A stretch of DNA of 64,000 bases, taken from assembly GCF_030144855.1 (NCBI RefSeq), contig NC_082706.1:17298001-17362000 (forward strand), written 5' to 3'. Under the pieces are notes generated by a model, which was given only the letters and a program-made list of their open reading frames with translations, had not been told where the DNA came from and searched no databases. This DNA comes from Hypanus sabinus (lineage: Eukaryota). Of the stretch, positions 61,341 through 64,000 are shown piece by piece (position 1 is the first letter of the stretch; the number at the start of each line of letters is the position of its first letter). A program made the translations under genes and the position numbers.

Positions 61341-61927
61341 GAGTCTGTAATCCTTACTGTACTATACTAATTTGGCTGCTCTGTGACGCTATATCCTACC
61401 CAACATAGTTGACTGTCAAAAACCTTAGGGCTGTATCATTTTGCTACTTCACAATGGTTAAAGATTATGCTTCCCTTCTGCCTTCTCAAGGGCAATCAAT
61501 GTCTAGATTCTAAAAAAAAGGAACAAGAGGAATGAAAAAATGGAAATACAGTAAAAAGAAACATGCAGGTGTTGGAAATGTGACAGTAAATACTGGAGAG
61601 ATTCAGTAGGTTGGTCAGACCTGTGGAGATAGAAGCAGTGTCAATAGTTCAGATCAGTGACCATTGATCAGAATGAAAAGGAGCTGGAACAATCTCCAGA
61701 GATCTCTCATCCTCCATGTTAGCCCATCAGCCTTGAGATTAGAGGAGGTCACAGGAGCCGGGCTGGTGTCTGAGATGGCACTTCTGTTAGTTCAACCTCT
61801 TCACTGTCTTGATAGCATTTCGTAGTTCAGGTGCTACTAAGGCATTGTTTATTGCTTTAAGTTGCTTCTAATAATTTAAGATTCAGAGAGAAATATTAAA
61901 ATAATAATGAATTTATTTCAGAATGCA

Positions 61928-62535
61928 TGAGGGGTGATTGATAAGTTCGTGACCTAAGGTAGAAGGAGTCTATTTTAGAAAACCTAGCACATTTATTTTT
62001 CAACATAGTCCCCTCCTACATTTACACACTTAGTCCGGCAGTCGTGGAGCATATGGATCTTGGACCTTCAGAAGGTGTCAGATGGGTGATTGATAAGTTT
62101 GTGGCCTGAAGTAGAAGGAGGTGAGTTGTGCAGCTCTCGTTACAGGCACGTGCAGGTCAACTCTTTGAGTGATTATGCAGAAAGTTTGAAGTTAATAACT
62201 CATCTCCTTCTCCCTTAGGCCACAAATTTATCAATCACCCCGATGATTTATTAGCCGATGAGTTATTAACTTCAAACTTTCTGCATAATCACTCAGAGTT
62301 GAACTGCAGGTGCATGTAACGAGAGCTGTATAACTCATCTCCCTCCACCTTAGGCCACAAACTTATCAATCACCCCTGCTGTGGACACTTTCTGGAGGTC
62401 CAAGATCTGTATGCTCCACGACCGCTGGATTAAGTGTGTTAATGCAGGAGGGGACTATGTTGAAAAATAAATGTGCTGAGTTTTCTAAAACTGACTCCTT
62501 CTACTTTAGGCCGTGAACTTATCAATTGCCCCTCG
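61928..62535. mobile_element. Mariner-derived palindromic MITE, copy 3
   Basis: ~600-bp near-palindrome with TIR gaggggtgattgataagttcgtg; MLHDRWIKCVNAGGDYVEK* remnant. Confidence 0.88.
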
Positions 62536-62689
62536 TCTTATTTAATGTAATACATGGATAGAACTACTTTTAAAGTGAAGGCTGATAACTCCATTTAAAT
62601 GAACAGGACCGTAATTAGTGTAGCACCTGAGGGAACCAGATAAGAAACATATCTGCGTATTCAGAATGAATTGAGAAACTGTCACAACC

Positions 62690-63123
62690 TCAGGACCATC
62701 CAAAGGCAAATCGGAGGACAGATGAAGGGGATGTGGTTACAATGTTTATTGGTGAGGGAATAACTTTCTATTGAATATTGAAAAGCTTAGATAAAGTTTT
62801 CATGGAGAGGAAGTTTCCAACAGTGGGAAAGTCTTACACCATAAGGCACATACAAGACATTCCTTTAGAACAGAGATGAAGAGAACTTCTTTAGCCAGAG
62901 AGTGGTGAATCTGTGGAATTCATAGGCATATACAATCTTGGGGGCTAAGTTATTGGGTATATTTAAAGTGGAGATTGATAGGTTCTTGATTGGTAAGGAC
63001 ACCAAACGTTACTTGGAGAAAGCAGAAGAATGGAGTTGAGAGAGTTAATAAATCAACTATGATCATATAACAGAGCAGATGGGCCAAATGGCCAAATTCT
63101 GCTCCTATGACTTATGGTCTTAT
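62690..63123 (+). mobile_element. CR1 3' fragment
   Basis: FFSQRVVNLWN remnant; (cttatg)n tail. Confidence 0.75.
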
Positions 63124-63507
63124 GGATTGCTCTATGAGCCAGCTTAAACGATGGCCAAATATCCTTGTTATAATATCTCAAGAAAATATGGAAATAAAGT
63201 TGGCTTAAATTGTCATGATGTGGGAAAGCAAGCAGCCAACTGTGCACATCAAGATCTGACAAACTGCAATTTAATAAGGAACAGAGAAATTGTTGCCGTC
63301 TGTTGATGAATTCAGAATGAATGGTAGCCAAGGCAGCAGGGTAAACTCTCTCTACGTCCTTTGAGCGTGTGCTTTGCAATACTTTCTGTCTGCCTGAAAG
63401 AGTAGACAGAGTAGCCCCACTACCCAATCAGCCTTTCCTACTTCCACTTCATCACCCAAGCCACCAGCCACAATATTAGGGTTGGCATAGATTCTTAATG
63501 GAATGGT

Positions 63508-64000
63508 TCAAGTTCAAAGTTCAAAGCAATTTTTATATCAAAGTACATGTATGTCACTATATACAACCCTGTGATTTATTTTCTTGTGAGTAAACAGCAG
63601 ATCTATAGAATAGTAACTATAACATTGAAAGATCAACTATAACATTGTTATAGTTGATATAACTAGAATATCAACTATAACATTGAAAGACAACAAACTG
63701 CACAAATTAAGTAGCAATAAATAATTAAGTAATTATCAATAATTAATAATAATGATAAAGTAGAAATAAGTAAGAAGAATGAGATAATCAGAATAAGAGC
63801 CCTTAAAGTGAGATCATTGTTTAAAGGATCATTTCAATGATGGGGCAAGTGAGGGTAGTTATCTTCTTTTATTCAAGAGCCTGATGGTTGCGGGGTAGTG
63901 ACTGTTTCTGAACCTTGTGGTGCGAGTCCTGAGGCCCCTGTACCTTCTACCTGATGACAGCAGCAAGAAGGGATCCTGATCTGGGTGTTAGGGATCTCTG
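63508..64000 (-). mobile_element. Rex1/Babar 3' end, running off the window
   Basis: Reverse of LLSSGRRYRGLRTRTTRFRNS; tail ttcaagttcaaagttcaaag. Confidence 0.8.

Overview
Repeat-dense vertebrate DNA, intronic or intergenic. The repeat families (HER1-like CR1, HE1/V-SINE-like SINEs, Rex1/Babar, Penelope) point to a cartilaginous fish, probably a ray; this is an inference. I recognise no host protein-coding gene, rRNA, tRNA or CRISPR array. Most of the window is nested transposon debris: CR1, Rex1/Babar, L2, an R4/Dong-clade fragment, RTE-related SINEs, Penelope-like ends carrying minimal hammerhead-like motifs, Gypsy-type LTRs with verifiable TSDs, and Tc1, mariner and hAT non-autonomous DNA elements. 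The ORF-track entries with any recognisable homology are transposon fragments; the rest look like chance or antisense frames. Best leads: (1) two adjacent diverged copies of an unidentified fossil protein-coding sequence at about 59.9-60.9 kb, possibly an endogenous viral element or unknown transposon; (2) a ~49-bp tandem array of degenerate hammerhead motifs at 58.65-59.0 kb; (3) a shared, pseudoknot-like 5' RNA head on RTE-type SINEs; (4) a Dong/R4 element sitting in a TAA tract; (5) a few splice-flanked candidate exons in unique sequence. Coordinates with stated TSDs were counted exactly; other repeat boundaries are approximate.
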